A stretch of 64,000 nucleotides of DNA from the NCBI GenBank assembly GCA_963693365.1, contig CAVNZM010000010.1:7379794-7443793 (forward strand), given 5' to 3'. The notes beneath the pieces were generated by a model, which saw only the letters and a program-made list of their open reading frames with translations, was not told the origin of the DNA and did not search any database. Source of the stretch: Amoebidium appalachense. Its lineage: Eukaryota > Protista > Ichthyosporea. This document shows, in pieces, positions 35,852 through 51,189 of this stretch; position 1 is the stretch's first letter, and every line of letters starts with the position of its first letter. The translations under genes were made by a program, and so were the position numbers.

Positions 35852-36803
35852 TGTAAATGTATATAAGTACTTGGGACGGAAGCAGAGACACAGTGGTGCA
35901 GTGTGAAAACACCACAGACACACACAACAACAAAACACGGAACGATCGGAGCAGTGTACACAACAGACATCAATGTTTAGACACGACTGAACTCAATTTA
36001 TTCCGATCTTCGAATAAATACCTGAAATTCCTCTAAGTCTAATCCATACATGATTTCCTGGTCGGAAATCAGATCTATCTCTAATAGAAACCAATCACTA
36101 AGAACCAATTGCTTTCAGAGAGATCTGGCACGCGGAGACGTACACGATAGGACACAGACACTAGTTAGGATCAACTCGTGTCATCATCAAGGAAGTTCTA
36201 ACCTATGACACACTGCAAAGACTCACTGGCAGACATATCACACTTAACCTTGATGATTGGTTAAAGCCCGGCAACACACGAAAACTAAAGTAAATTAATG
36301 TCGGAAGTCTAATCACACATGTCATTCTAAGTGTAGCCTAAGTGTGTTACCGTCCAATGAACACGTATTAAGTAACACAAATCTACCTAACATATATTAG
36401 TAGAAAAGAAATACGATTATACACATGAAGACAAGGAGAGAAAGAAAAGAAAAATAAGGAAGGAGAAAGAGAAAGAAAAAGAGAGCACAGATCAACAAAC
36501 AAGATAGTACTAGTAATAGCATAACTATAACCAGTCTGGAGATATTTATGTACACACAAACATGTACACGTCTCTCCCTGAGTGGGTGGATCCGTGTACA
36601 CACATATAAATATTCTAATCGATATCACAATACACGATTGGAGCCGATACAACACGATTACAAGTATACAAGCATATCGGAGATCGATGCTACACTTTAC
36701 ATAATAGGAGCCTGTGGCATTTACACTAAGCATATGAACTGACTCGGAAACATAACACAAACTGAGAAGATCTTACCATATGTAAATATTACGTATTACA
36801 ACA
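35852..36803 (-). mobile_element. Solo LTR (Copia-type)
   Basis: TG..CA ends, TSD TCTAA (35847-35851 / 36804-36808), homologous to 42112-42964. One end resembles the U5 end of the Copia LTRs. Confidence 0.85.
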
Positions 36804-37112
36804 TCTAAATGTCCGTACCGCGCTCCCGGGAATTTTAGACCCCGTTTCCATTATCATATGTGTGTAACAGTATATAGCTAGTAACTACGGAAAATGGAGC
36901 CTCATCATACCAAAATACCCATATATAGTTTGAATTTATTGATTTCTAATAATAGTATATGTAGAACCACATGCAGTCCTATGTCTGTAACGGAATTTTA
37001 CGTGGCCTAAATGTCGAAACTGGAAAATCGTAAATCTGCTGTTACACACATACGACTCGTGTCTGGCACTGCACATGAGTTTTGGGGGATCCAGGCCTCC
37101 GGAGATTAGCCT

Positions 37113-40380
<3,268 letters not shown>

Positions 40381-41309
40381 AGTACGGATTCTATAGAACG
40401 CCTCGCTAAGAAGCGGCACCAGTCAGATCCTGAGCAGCACGTGGGAAACCTCCTAAACTTTTGCATCAATTTCAAGGGATGTCTCTGATTCATTTCGAAG
40501 TATCCCAAAACCTCTAACGGTTCGTGTGAAAAACGAACCCTAGGATTCACAGTTTTCCTGAATATTACGGGAAGGTTCACGCAAGACTTATCGAACGTGA
40601 GCAGGTTTTGAAGTTTCAAAGTTGCACGTGCCGCTTGAATCAAAACATGGGATTGACGCAAGACTTATCGAACGTGAGCAGGTTTTGAAGTTGGAATGGA
40701 CGTGTTTCCCCGGGCCCCTTGAATCAAACATGGGCCAGTTTCACGTACAGTATGGACGTGCTCCAGGTATCATAAATGGGCCCGTTTCACGTACATACAA
40801 ACAGGTTAGCACGGCCCAACTGATATTGGGCGTGAGGCCCGCAAGTCACATGCTGGCGCACACATAGAGTGTTGGTCCGGGGGGCGTGGGACGTTCATCA
40901 GCATGTTATGCGTAATACTTTCTCACAATTTCATCTCTTTGTCTGAAATGTAGTTATCTCAAATATATCTCACCGACTTCGCAATAATGATTCATATCTA
41001 AGAATGGATGATAGATAGCCGCATGCGCAATGCTATGAATTTCATGATACATAAGTTACATGCGCATGTGCCAACGATCACCGGATTCATGCGCATGCAG
41101 TGCACATGTGTATATGTGTTATAAGTACACGGGACATGACGTCCACTGCCCACATGATGTGCGTGCCCCTACCCAGCACGGCGCACATGATGTGCGTAGA
41201 GTCTATTCGATCATGGGCACATGCATGATCAGTCAGGCATGCACATATCATGATGCACATGTGTGTAACATGTACACATGCTTTCTATTTTGTGATTTCA
41301 TCTTTGTGC

Positions 41310-41763
41310 TTGGACAATAGATATATATGGAATTCGGTTTATTGCAAAGTGTCTTCACTTTGAGAGTGTCGACTATTAGGAAATATATGTATTTAAATAA
41401 GTTTCTTTATAGAGACGAACATAAATATATATGTGAGTTAATAGTGACTAGATGTATAATTACTTAATTTATTTAAGTAAGAGTTTCTAAACTTTAGTTT
41501 AATCGGAAGTTGGAATGTGTATGCTCTGTTGGAATGTGTTTTTCTATCTTCTGATAGAACCGATTGGTTCTCCCTCTTTAGTTGTGATAAGGTGATAAGT
41601 CGCAAGTACAAAAGGAACCGAGAGCACAATAAAGAATCAGTTGTTGTTTGAAATCTTTCAATGTCTCGTGAACAACTCCGATTGCCCTCTCATTAATGTG
41701 TTAGTCGTGTTTTACATGACACCTCTGTGCACTCTGCTCCCTTAGACCCGTACAAAAACAACA
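41310..41763 (+). mobile_element. 3' part of the split Copia-2 family LTR
   Basis: Matches 62167-62586, ends CAAAAACAACA, and is followed by the reverse of TSD CTCTG (41764-41768). Confidence 0.85.
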
Positions 41764-43130
41764 CAGAGAGCTTGCCGACCACCGTGCCCGGCGCGTAATT
41801 TCGCTCCATCAACTTGGCCACATACGCAGTGGCAACCGTGCCGGTGAGGGGCCAAGGGGCGAAGGCGGACTCTTGACAAAACTGAAGGTAAAACCGAATT
41901 TCCATCTGGTAGCGCTCCCAGGTGGTGGCGGCAAGGGTGTTGCTGATCAAAACATCCACATTTACCCTGAGGGTCGGGGGCATAGATTGGACCACAGCCG
42001 CACGCCACGCACCAAAGTCGCCGGGCCGATGCTGGGAGAAACATAAACACGCCCCGTCGCCGCGGGGTTTACATCCACAGTGGGAGGGGGCCCCACAGCT
42101 GGGCCCCTCGCTGTTGTAATACGTACTACTATCTACATATTGTAAGATCTTCTCAGTTCGTGTTATGTTTTTGTTCATTTACTTAGTGTAAAAGATGTGC
42201 TCCTTGTACGTAAATTATGACATCGATCTCCAGTGTGTTTGAATACTTGTACATGTTTGTGTGTACATGAATATCTTTAGTTGTAGCTATGCTATGAATA
42301 TCGTGCTTGTTGATCTGTGTTCTTTTCTCTTTTCTCTTTCTCCTTCTATCTTTTCTTTTCCTTTTCTCCTTTATCTTCATGTGCATGATCATCTTTCTTT
42401 CTTGCTAATATATGTTGAGTGGATTCGTGTTGCTTAGTATGTGTTGATTGGACGACCACACACTTAGGCTACACTTAGTTTGACACGTGTGATCACAGCT
42501 CTTTGATTTACTTTAGTTTTCATGTGTTGCCGGGCTGTGACCAATCAACAGGGTTAGTGCTGTTGTACCTGTGTCTTTGCAGTGCTTGATAGGTTAGAAA
42601 TATGCACGACAGCTCCCTCGTTCCTCGCTGTCTCAACACCTCGATACTAGGTAGTGGCTGTGGCCTATCGTGTGTGTTCCCGCCTGCCAGATCTGTCCTT
42701 AGAACAATCAGTTCATAGTGATTGGTTTGTTTTAGACCTGGATCTAATTCCGACTGGTCGGAAATCACACACCGATTTGACTTAGCCATTTCTCAAGTAT
42801 ATATACGAAATCTCTGGATTGATTTCGTCAGTCGTGTCTAAACATTGATGTCTGTTGTGTACACTGCTCCGATCGTTCCGTGTTTTGTTGTTGTGTGTCT
42901 GTGGTGTTTTCACACTGCACCACTGTGTCTCTGCTTCCGTCCCAAATACTTATATAATTTTACACTCACACACCTTCTTGACCGGGCAAAATAATCACCC
43001 CTTCAGGGGCACCGGGGGGCGGAGAAGTCAACCTTGGCGGCTCCGCCGGTGCTGGGGAAGGGGCAGGTGCAGAAACGACCGGGGCAGTGTCCTCCGCCGC
43101 GGAGGCGAAGTTCAAGGCCCAGAGGGGCAT
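41764..43130 (-). pseudogene. Tyrosine recombinase N-terminal (core-binding) part, interrupted by a solo LTR
   Basis: LAATTWERYQMEIRFYLQFC...WP....ATAYVAKL...YAPGTVVGKLS is typical of DIRS-class YR N-termini. Confidence 0.8.
42112..42964 (+). mobile_element. Solo LTR (same family as 35852-36803)
   Basis: TGTTG..TACA ends; TSD CTCGC / CTCAC (one CpG transition). Confidence 0.85.
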
Positions 43131-43189
43131 TTTCCGCAGCGACCTACTAAACAACGAATGGAAGAACGTGGAAACTCAACACGGTAGAA

Positions 43190-44000
43190 CAGTGTAAATC
43201 AAAGTAAACGAAAATTTTGGGGAATATTGCTGCGCTATGATACAGTGCCCAGCGTACGCCGCTGGGAGAAGGAAGGCGAAAGGACCACGCCGGTAGAGTG
43301 ACTGCCACTTGGTGCCGTCCTGTTGGGGTTGGGGTAGCCTCCGCGGCCGCCCTCGTGCGTGTAGGGGGCCCGCGTGCCCGCCCTCCCTTGGACCACTTGG
43401 CGCCGTACTTGGGGTTGTATGTCTTCTCAATTAATGGCGCGGGCGACCTCAGGCTCTGCAACTGCGTGACCGTCCCCTCCGCGCGCCGAATGTACAACAG
43501 CTGGAGTCTGTCGCCGCCGTAACTGATGAGGTTGACGACGAGCTCGCGGAGCAGGGTAAGCTGACGGGCCGCAAAGGCGTCCGCCGACTCGTTGCTAGCT
43601 TGGGTAGTGCAGCGACCAAATTGAGCGCCTGCACACCCACGTTGACCAGCCCTATCCACTGTTCAGCCTCCTCCTTGATGGGCTTGGGGAGGTCTCCCCA
43701 AGAGAACAATCCGTCTGACGACAAGGGCCGTGGGCCAAATGGGGTTATTGCCCGTCAACCACAAAATGCTCGACGGCTTGCAGAGATGCGTGCGACTCCA
43801 CGAACTCGCCGCGGGTGAGTCGTAGCACATTTTGCTGCGGGTTCCAAGTTTCCCGAAGGCGCTCACACCGCTGCTCGTCCGACTCCTCCTTGTTGTTGTT
43901 ATCAGCCGGAAGGAGCCTGCGAACCTCGGCGCTATACAGGTTGAAGGCAGCGTTCTCCATGCTAGGCGAGAAACTATTAAGGTGACAAGTTCTGCCACCT
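43190..44000 (-). pseudogene. Gag-like ORF1 of the YR element (positional assignment), disrupted
   Basis: Broken helical coding frames (MENAAFNLYS.., FSWGDLPKPIKEEAEQW.., LLRELVVNLISYGGDRLQLLYIRR..) with a basic tail, directly after A1. Confidence 0.5.
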
Positions 44001-45343
44001 ACCGTAGCTTACTTAGATCTAAGTGTGCGAAGGGGACTGCAACCTAAACCGAGCTCTCGCCAAAAACGTCGCATGAAGTGGGTGCGACGTTGGGAAATGA
44101 GCTAACGACTAGTAGGAGTTCGCTCCTTATATACCAACGGAGCTCGCCCAATGGGCTATCATTGTTAGAAACACCATTTCAACCAATGATTGCCCTAGAA
44201 TACACTCTAAATAGTGCTTGATGAATCAAGCTAAGTATACGATCGCCCCCCAAGGGGGATTCCGCGGCGCCAATGGAAGAAAATTCGCGCCATTTTCCGG
44301 TTTGCCCAATGAAAAGGCATCACCAAGACCTCCTAGATCACGGCCCTCGGAAAAGTGTGTAAACCCCCCCTCTGGAAAACCGCAGGGTGTAAATGTAAGG
44401 GTGTTACTAAAAATAGAAAGATAAAAATAGTCGAGACGGCCGTCACGGGCCGTGCATGCTGTGTTCCAGATGGCTGTGGATCAAGCACTAAAGCTGGCGG
44501 TCCAGCTCAGCAGCTGGCCCCAGCTGTTCAAACCCAGGTTGAAACCCTGCAACCCACGCAAGCACTACTGTAATATATGTACTGGCACTGTTACAGGCAC
44601 AACTTGAACGTCCACCGTCAGGCTACTAGTGATACGTTGGTTTCTGGTTTCTAACTAACAGCCCATACGCTTATGTGTACAAGTAGGTCTGTGCGACCCG
44701 CTGCGCGGGCGCCAACTGAAGCTGCGGTCTATTGCATTTCAGTCACGCGTAGATCTGGGAAAAGAAGCTGCAAACTGGGGGTCTGACAGCTTGTGTCTGA
44801 AATCTAGACTCTAGAAACTCTCTCGGGTGGGTCTGGTACCGGTGCACGTGGAAGGTGACGGTACGGATGGTAGAAAAGAAGTTGGGGTCTGCCAGCTGGT
44901 GTCTGAATCCTAGACTCTGAAAACTCTCTTTCCTTTCAAGTTCTCTTTTTTGGCCGGTTCAAACCCGCGCATGGCGGCTTCCGCCAGCGTTTAATTTATA
45001 TGAATATCCCTACGGGTGTCTGCTACACTGGCTGGCAATGTGAGCACTTCAGACTTTTTGTTGACTTCTGTTGGTCGTCACATTGAGTATTTATATGATT
45101 TTCACACAGTGTTCAGCCTGGGTATCTCAGTGTAGTATGCACTTGTTACTGGATAACTCGTGAAGTTTTTATTGTCTTCTCAATGCCGTGGATACTTGCA
45201 TATCTTTCCGTCGAATAAATCCAGTCAAAAGAAAAAAAATTTCATGTATATGGTGCTTACTTTGAAATCAAAAGAAAAACATAAACGGGGTCAAGGGGGT
45301 CCACATTCACAACCCGGGATCAAGGGGGTGCACAAAAATGCAT

Positions 45344-47812
45344 TACTTCGCTTGATTCATCAAGCTCTATTTAGAGATGTATTTAGGCCAACTGATTGGT
45401 TGGAATAGGGTTCCAACAATCAGTGGCCACTAGGGAGCCGACTATGGTATATAGGCGGCGACTCGTTCTACTCGTCTTAGCTTTGTTTCCCCGTCGGCCC
45501 CTACTTAGCTGTATAGGGCCGACAGACGGCAGGAGGCACGGCTTAGCTCGGTAGGGCGGCGTGGCGCCCGGGTAGCAGTTGTGGAGCGTAATTAGCAGTG
45601 GTGGGTAAATCTAAATAGATAGCTATTTGAGTAGGGGTGAGCTGCACCCACGGCCTGAGGGCAACTGGGCTGCGGTCCTTTCTAGTTAGGTTCTACGAGC
45701 GCGCGTAGTGTAACAGTTGTAGATAAACTGTTTGCGAGCGCGCGTAGTGCTGCAGACAGGTGTAGTGTCTCAATTTCTTCGAAGGCAGGATGGGAGATGC
45801 AAGTGATGCATCCTAACTGCCATTGTATCAGAGAGTTCGTGCCTGTGTAGATGAGTGGGAGCGTGGGGGTGCGTCAAAAGAAGTTTTGTTCTGGATTAAG
45901 TACCGCATCACACCAGAATGGAAGAGTGCGCGTCCTGCCCCTTTTGATGCAGGTGGCTATCTGGATATCGGCGAGGTTTCAGAGGCAGAAGCGGCAGTGG
46001 AACTTGAACGGTTAGTGAGTAAGGGGGCCCTCGAGACAGTGCCTGAAAGCGCAAAATGGTGTGTTTCGAAGTCTTTTGGGCTGCGGAAGCCCAACGGAAA
46101 CGTCCGGCTCATTATTGATATGCGTCCTGTGAATGAATACGCCGTCGCACGTGGTATCAAGTACGAAACCCTCAGCGATTTGCGGGCGCTCGCGCAGCCG
46201 CCGGGTGACCACGCTTTCAGTTTCGACCTCAAAGACGGATATTTTGCACTAGCCATTCAACCCCGGTTCCGCAAGTATTTCCAAATTCGTGTGGGGGGAC
46301 AACTCTTCCAGTACACGGTGCTTCCCTTCGGTTACTCCCTCAGTCCCTACTTTTTCATGCGCCTTATGCGCGAGTTCGCGCGTCGGTTACGTGCACGCGG
46401 CATCCGTTCGTTGGTTTTCCTCGATGACTGGGCCATCTTCGAACAGGCGGCACGGGCACTCGACACACGCGGGGTGGTGGAGCAGGAATTGAAAGTCACC
46501 GGCCTTACGAAGCATCCGAATAAGGCTCATTGGGACCCAGTGAGTGCCCTCGACCATTTAGGCATCCACATAAATTTGGAGGAAGGGTATTTGTCTCCCA
46601 CATTGGGGTCTTTGGAAAAATTATCGGGGGAAACACGTTCTTTAATGGCTAAGGCGCGCAAAGGACGGCGGTGGGTGGAAAAGAAGCAGGTGGCTAGATG
46701 GCTAGGGTTGGTTGTTAGTTTGCGTGCGGCGGTGCCTCGTGTACTCACGGTTGTCCGGCCGGTGTATGGTGCTCTACGCGGCAGGAACTGGTGTAGCTTT
46801 GTGCGGTTAACGGGTCGGCAGCTACGCATTATCGGTAAAACCATGGGTATAATAGGTCGGCTTCCCCGCACGGAAATCTGGCCTGAGCCTATCACGGCCA
46901 CTCTCATCACAGATGCTGCCACCTCACACGGGTGGGGGGCAGTACTACAGTTGGGCCTACCAACTTCCCCGCAGGTTGTGGAGGCTTTCGGTCGTTGGGC
47001 GGAGAGCGATGCACCGCGGGCGGCTGCAGTGGCGGAATGCGAGGGCCTACTCGAGGCCTACCGCAGGCCCGAAATGCAGGCCCTAATCCAACGTCAGCGC
47101 GTACGCTGGCAGTCAGACGCCCAGGCCGCGTTGGGCGCGGTGCGCAAAAAGGGCAGCAGCAGCCCCGCCATGCAGCGAGTGCTATGGCAACTGCTGCAGT
47201 TGTGTTTGGAAAAGGGGCTCCCCTGGCCCCAAGAGCTGTCATACATTCCGGGCGAAGTGAACGACCGTGCGGATTGGTTGTAGCGGATTGATCCCCGCCA
47301 CGAGTGGTCGGTTACCCCTGCGGGGGTCGAGCGTATCGAGCAGACACTCGGATTGCACACGGCGGTGGATCGGTTTGCTACACCCGTGACAGCAGTCAAA
47401 CCCACGTTTCACACATGGACCGTGGTGGTCCCCGTGAACGGTGGGCACGACGGGCTTGCCGCCGCATGGCAGGCCCCCAGCTGGTGGGCGCCACCGTTTC
47501 CGTTGATCAAGCGGACAGTGGCGAAGATTCAGCGGGAATGTGCGCAGGGAATATTAGTGGTCCCGGTGTGGGACACCGCTTTATGGTGGCCGGTGGTGCA
47601 AGGGATGGCACAGGCCCACACGGACCTAGCCCCCGAAGAAGTGGTGTTTCCGGTCGGTGTCCGGTCTTGGCGAATGCGTGCCTTCCTATTGGACGGCAGC
47701 ACCCGCCCCCCTTCATGATTGGATGAAAATCACTCGCCGCGCCGCTCCTGCCATCCAGCTTTGTGTATTATTTCTGTAAAATAAGAATGTGGTCGCAGAT
47801 AGCAACAACATA
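45344..47812 (+). mobile_element. RT-RNaseH-MT-only YR-class retroelement, copy 2 (3'-truncated within B1)
   Basis: A1 45344-45509 (TACTTCGCTTGATTCATCAAGC..), ~280-bp leader, single ORF, and B1 GCAGATAGCAACAACA about 80 bp after the stop. Confidence 0.9.
45790..47718 (+). pseudogene. DIRS-like RT-RNaseH-methyltransferase ORF with two premature stops
   Basis: One reading frame from ATG 45790. TAA 45814 (CAA in copy 1) and TAG 47281 (TCG in copy 1). FLDDW, TDAATSHGWGA, SDAQAA, VDRFAT..DGL...W....WWAPPFPLI..LVVPVW...WWP. Confidence 0.92.
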
Positions 47813-50368
47813 TCACAGCGAAAAAAGATGCGAATCTGTGTCCCGATTAGACCCTGATCACCATATGAGAATCGGGGCAAAATCGGGAAACCCGGTTCGT
47901 AATTAGCGACGTGATCGGGATGAAATTAGCCTGATTACACCCCGATTTTTTGATACCGATCACACCCTGATTCGCAAAAAAAATCCCGATCACGCCCGTG
48001 ACCGGGACACCCCGATTCCTTCCCGACCTGCCCTTACCTACTTCCTGCCCTTTCGATACTGGAACTTAACCCAAAGTTAAGTACAAAAGAAGGCAACTGC
48101 AAGAAAGCTGAAGTAAACCGTGACTAGCTCGCGCCTTTACTTTGTTACTCGTACCACACACAGTGTGGTGTCAAGTCATGTTCTTCGTCATCACACACAG
48201 TGTGATGCAAGGTGTGATGCCTGGAGCCTGGAACAGCCCAACAACGGCTATTCAGCTGGGTAGAAAGCACTCACAATATACTATATAAAAGCAGACAGAA
48301 GGGTTTGGCACACAGAACCCTAGTATGAGCAACACCAGGTTGCAAGCATGAAGAGGCTATAGCTATGTAGTCGTGGGGAGCCATAGAAGTATATAGCTAG
48401 GTTAGCAAACCGTTCACCTGCACACCTATGTGCACGTGTGTTAACCCTTATTCTAACGCAGATAATGGGCTGTGTTTCGACTCTTTAATTTGAGTACCAG
48501 TAGGTGTGGAACCGGATACAGTCAACTACACAACATCCATCTTACCCCTATATTTTACCATGCTGATGCCTTGGCTTACCTGTTAGAGCCGCTCACAAAA
48601 CCCGAACTTGGCAAAGTCACAGTAGCAGGTTCAAGGACCTGCGATGGGGAAGAGACTTTTAGAACCTAGGGGTACGGTGTTATATAAGGCCAAAAAGGAG
48701 GCAAGTTACACAACGTGGCCTTCTCTGTCATACTGATGCAGCATAGATAGATTGCAAGAAGAATAAACTAATAACAGAGCAACAAAGGCTCGAGGATATA
48801 CAGATGCCTATGCACGGCTGGACGTGGACGCCCAAGTTCGACCAGGGCAAGCACAGAAGCGCTTACAAGTTTTAAGTTGTATCCTTCTTGCCGTGTTACC
48901 TCACGAGACAAAAAGCCTAGTATGTAAGTCAGAGGGTTCTTGAAGATGAGGTTATTAAAAAAAAACTCACCTTGCCTGTGGCATTCCGGAAATTCCAATT
49001 CCGATGACGATGAAATTCCGTCGGTGATTATCCGTCGTTCCCCCCGTCGTGTACCTGCCCCCGTGGCTCCCCCCCCCCCCCCCCCCCCCACCGGCCAGCA
49101 ACCCCTGCTGCCGGCCCCTGCCGTCAATGACCACGTACCTGGTCATCTCACCCCGGTTCGTCCTGGGTCTCCGGAGTTCCACTCGGCCCCGTCCAGCCCC
49201 GTGTTATCCAACTCCCCCCTCAACACGGCACCCATCCCTGGCTTCCAGGCCCCCATCCCCGACCACCGAGTGTCTGTCCCAGACACTGTTATTTTGTGTG
49301 GGTAAACGGAGAAGCAGAGAGCACAGATGGGTGTTATGTAAAACACAACACAAAGACACACGGGAAAAACACAACCGGAGAGGAGGAACGATTTCTGGAA
49401 CCATAGGAAGTGAATACGACTGCTTGTGATTTATTTCAAGATGAGGTCCCTTTTATACTTGGGAATGTGAAATGATAAACCAATCAAAAGAATGAAAACT
49501 ATGAGTGTAAAATATATCGAATAAAATGTCTGTCGACATTTAGAATATAAAACTCAATCCTCTAATGAAAGAAACTTCTAATAAAAGCATGGAAACATTT
49601 AATAAAATGAAACCACTTATGTAACTATTAATTCATAACATATATTTATACATGTTCTTATCATAACACGTCTAAATATAATTATTCCTAATAGTTGAAG
49701 AACATAGCACAATGCTACGTCGTGGGAAAGAAATGAGAAAGGAATGTAAGTTACTATATTTGGGAAAATACAAACGAGATATGATTGGATGACATATATA
49801 GATTTTGACGCAAACGACAATACGTGTGCGCGAGCTAAGTATGTCGATACGTACACAGATCTAAGATGTCGTGTACACGGAAACGGAAAAGAAAGAAAGA
49901 AATGAAGAAAGGAAAAGGAAACAAACTACAACAACTAATAAATAAATACCAAACTCAACTTCTAAGTCTTGCTGAGAATTAAGTGAAGATGACATCCCCA
50001 CTCAAGGGTTGGAAGTTGGGTTCTCGTGAAGTTTGTTGATGTGACTGTTGATGTTAAGACTTTCACACATGTAGAAGTAGGTGCCGTGAAGTCACAGTCA
50101 AGTTTCCCCACTCGAGAAGACAATGGAGAAGACTTGAAGGTGCAAGCCGGGGAAGAAAACCAAAACGGAAGAAGCACACAACGACGGTTGCCTCTGAAGA
50201 CTCGGAAGATGACGGTAGCCAATGACGTGATTTTTGGATTTTGTCCTGGTGCAGAGACTAGCGATCTTGCTAGCCTTGAGATCACAACCTAACCACTGCC
50301 GATGGTTGTGATGACGCCAGTAAAGGCGTGCTGGCTTTTACCCCAGCGAGAAGAGGATGAGAAAAAGA

Positions 50369-50441
50369 TGATCCCGACGGGATTTGAACCCGCGACCCCT
50401 CTATCTCCGGTCGAGTGCTCTACCAACTGAGCTACGAGATC
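50369..50441 (-). tRNA. tRNA-like sequence in the TRIM 3' LTR (nominal anticodon GGA, short variable loop)
   Basis: GATCTCG TA GCTC AGTTGGTA GAGC A CTCGA CCGGAGA TAGAG GGGTC GCGGG TTCAAAT CCCGT CGGGATC A. Intact A/B boxes and a T5 run just downstream. Confidence 0.8.
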
Positions 50442-50738
50442 GGTTAAGATCTCGCAGGCCACCAGCCGATCATGATCTGATTCATGCGATCGGACTGGAT
50501 AACGATACCATCTTCCAACATCCCCACTCAGGACGAATCGCAGAATCAGGTTAGGGTGGACTGCCCCCTCAGTCCCCACTGAACCTCTGTTCATGCTACC
50601 ATTTTGGATTTTGTCCTGGTGCAGAGACTAGCGATCTTGCTAGCCTTGAGATCACAACCTAACCACTGCCGATGGTTGTGATGACGCCAGTAAAGGCGTG
50701 CTGGCTTTTACCCCAGCGAGAAGAGGATGAGAAAAAGA

Positions 50739-50811
50739 TGATCCCGACGGGATTTGAACCCGCGACCCCTCTATCTCCGGTCGAGTGCTCTACCAACTGA
50801 GCTACGAGATC
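50739..50811 (-). tRNA. tRNA-like sequence in the TRIM 5' LTR
   Basis: Identical to 50369-50441. Confidence 0.8.
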
Positions 50812-51139
50812 GGTTAAGATCTCGCAGGCCACCAGCCGATCATGATCTGATTCATGCGATCGGACTGGATAACGATACCATCTTCCAACAGTGATATATA
50901 AATATATATAGAAGAAACAACTAGTGTATGTGTGACGTGTTGGTGGCTAATGATAAATACATTATATATATGGTGGTATATAAATAAACGACGGATGGTG
51001 GAGAAGAAATCCCCACTGAAGATGCACACACTGAAGATCGATGAAGACAGCAGTAGACTTTCGTTGGGAGGTGTCTCTACACGGTGATGTGTAGACCACT
51101 GGCCAGGGCCCCAACCTACTTGAAGACCACTGTAGATGA

Positions 51140-51189
<50 letters not shown>

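Larger units (their letters stand above)
34387..36810 (+). mobile_element. 3' half of the Gag-YR retroelement: YR, B1, A2 (35226-35402), CA-rich spacer, B2
   Basis: B1/A2 junction GCAACCATACATCTAA-AT-ACTTAGC. B2 GCAACCATACATCTAA[solo LTR]AT ends at 36810. A2 matches A1 at 44073-44238 (reverse). Confidence 0.85.
41764..44238 (-). mobile_element. 5' half of the Gag-YR retroelement: A1, gag-like ORF, YR N-terminus
   Basis: A1 44238-44073 begins AT-ACTTAGCTTGATTCATCAAGC. Degenerate ORF1 ~44000-43190, then YR ORF from ATG 43130. No RT motifs between them. Confidence 0.82.
50232..50890 (-). mobile_element. TRIM (non-autonomous mini LTR retrotransposon) with a tRNA-like gene in each LTR
   Basis: Identical 289-bp LTRs 50602-50890 and 50232-50520; 81-bp interior with PBS TGGTAGCA (tRNA-iMet type) and PPT TGAGTGGGGA; TSD GTGAT. 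Absent at the homologous position of the Copia-2 3' UTR (~61480-61540). Confidence 0.93.

Noticed and set aside
40580-40692. 36-bp direct repeat x2 with ~41-bp spacer (CRISPR-like spacing)
   Set aside because: Only two units, eukaryotic TE context, and no cas genes; a local duplication.
44770-44930. ~46-bp imperfect direct repeat x2
   Set aside because: Two diverged copies with no associated element or function identifiable.
47290-47718. Methyltransferase-like domain as a novel fusion
   Set aside because: An MT-like domain after RNase H is an established feature of DIRS-group elements.
50369-50811. Two genuine tRNA-Ser(GGA) genes or codon reassignment
   Set aside because: They lie inside TRIM LTRs, lack U33 and the long variable arm, and have an anticodon-stem mismatch.
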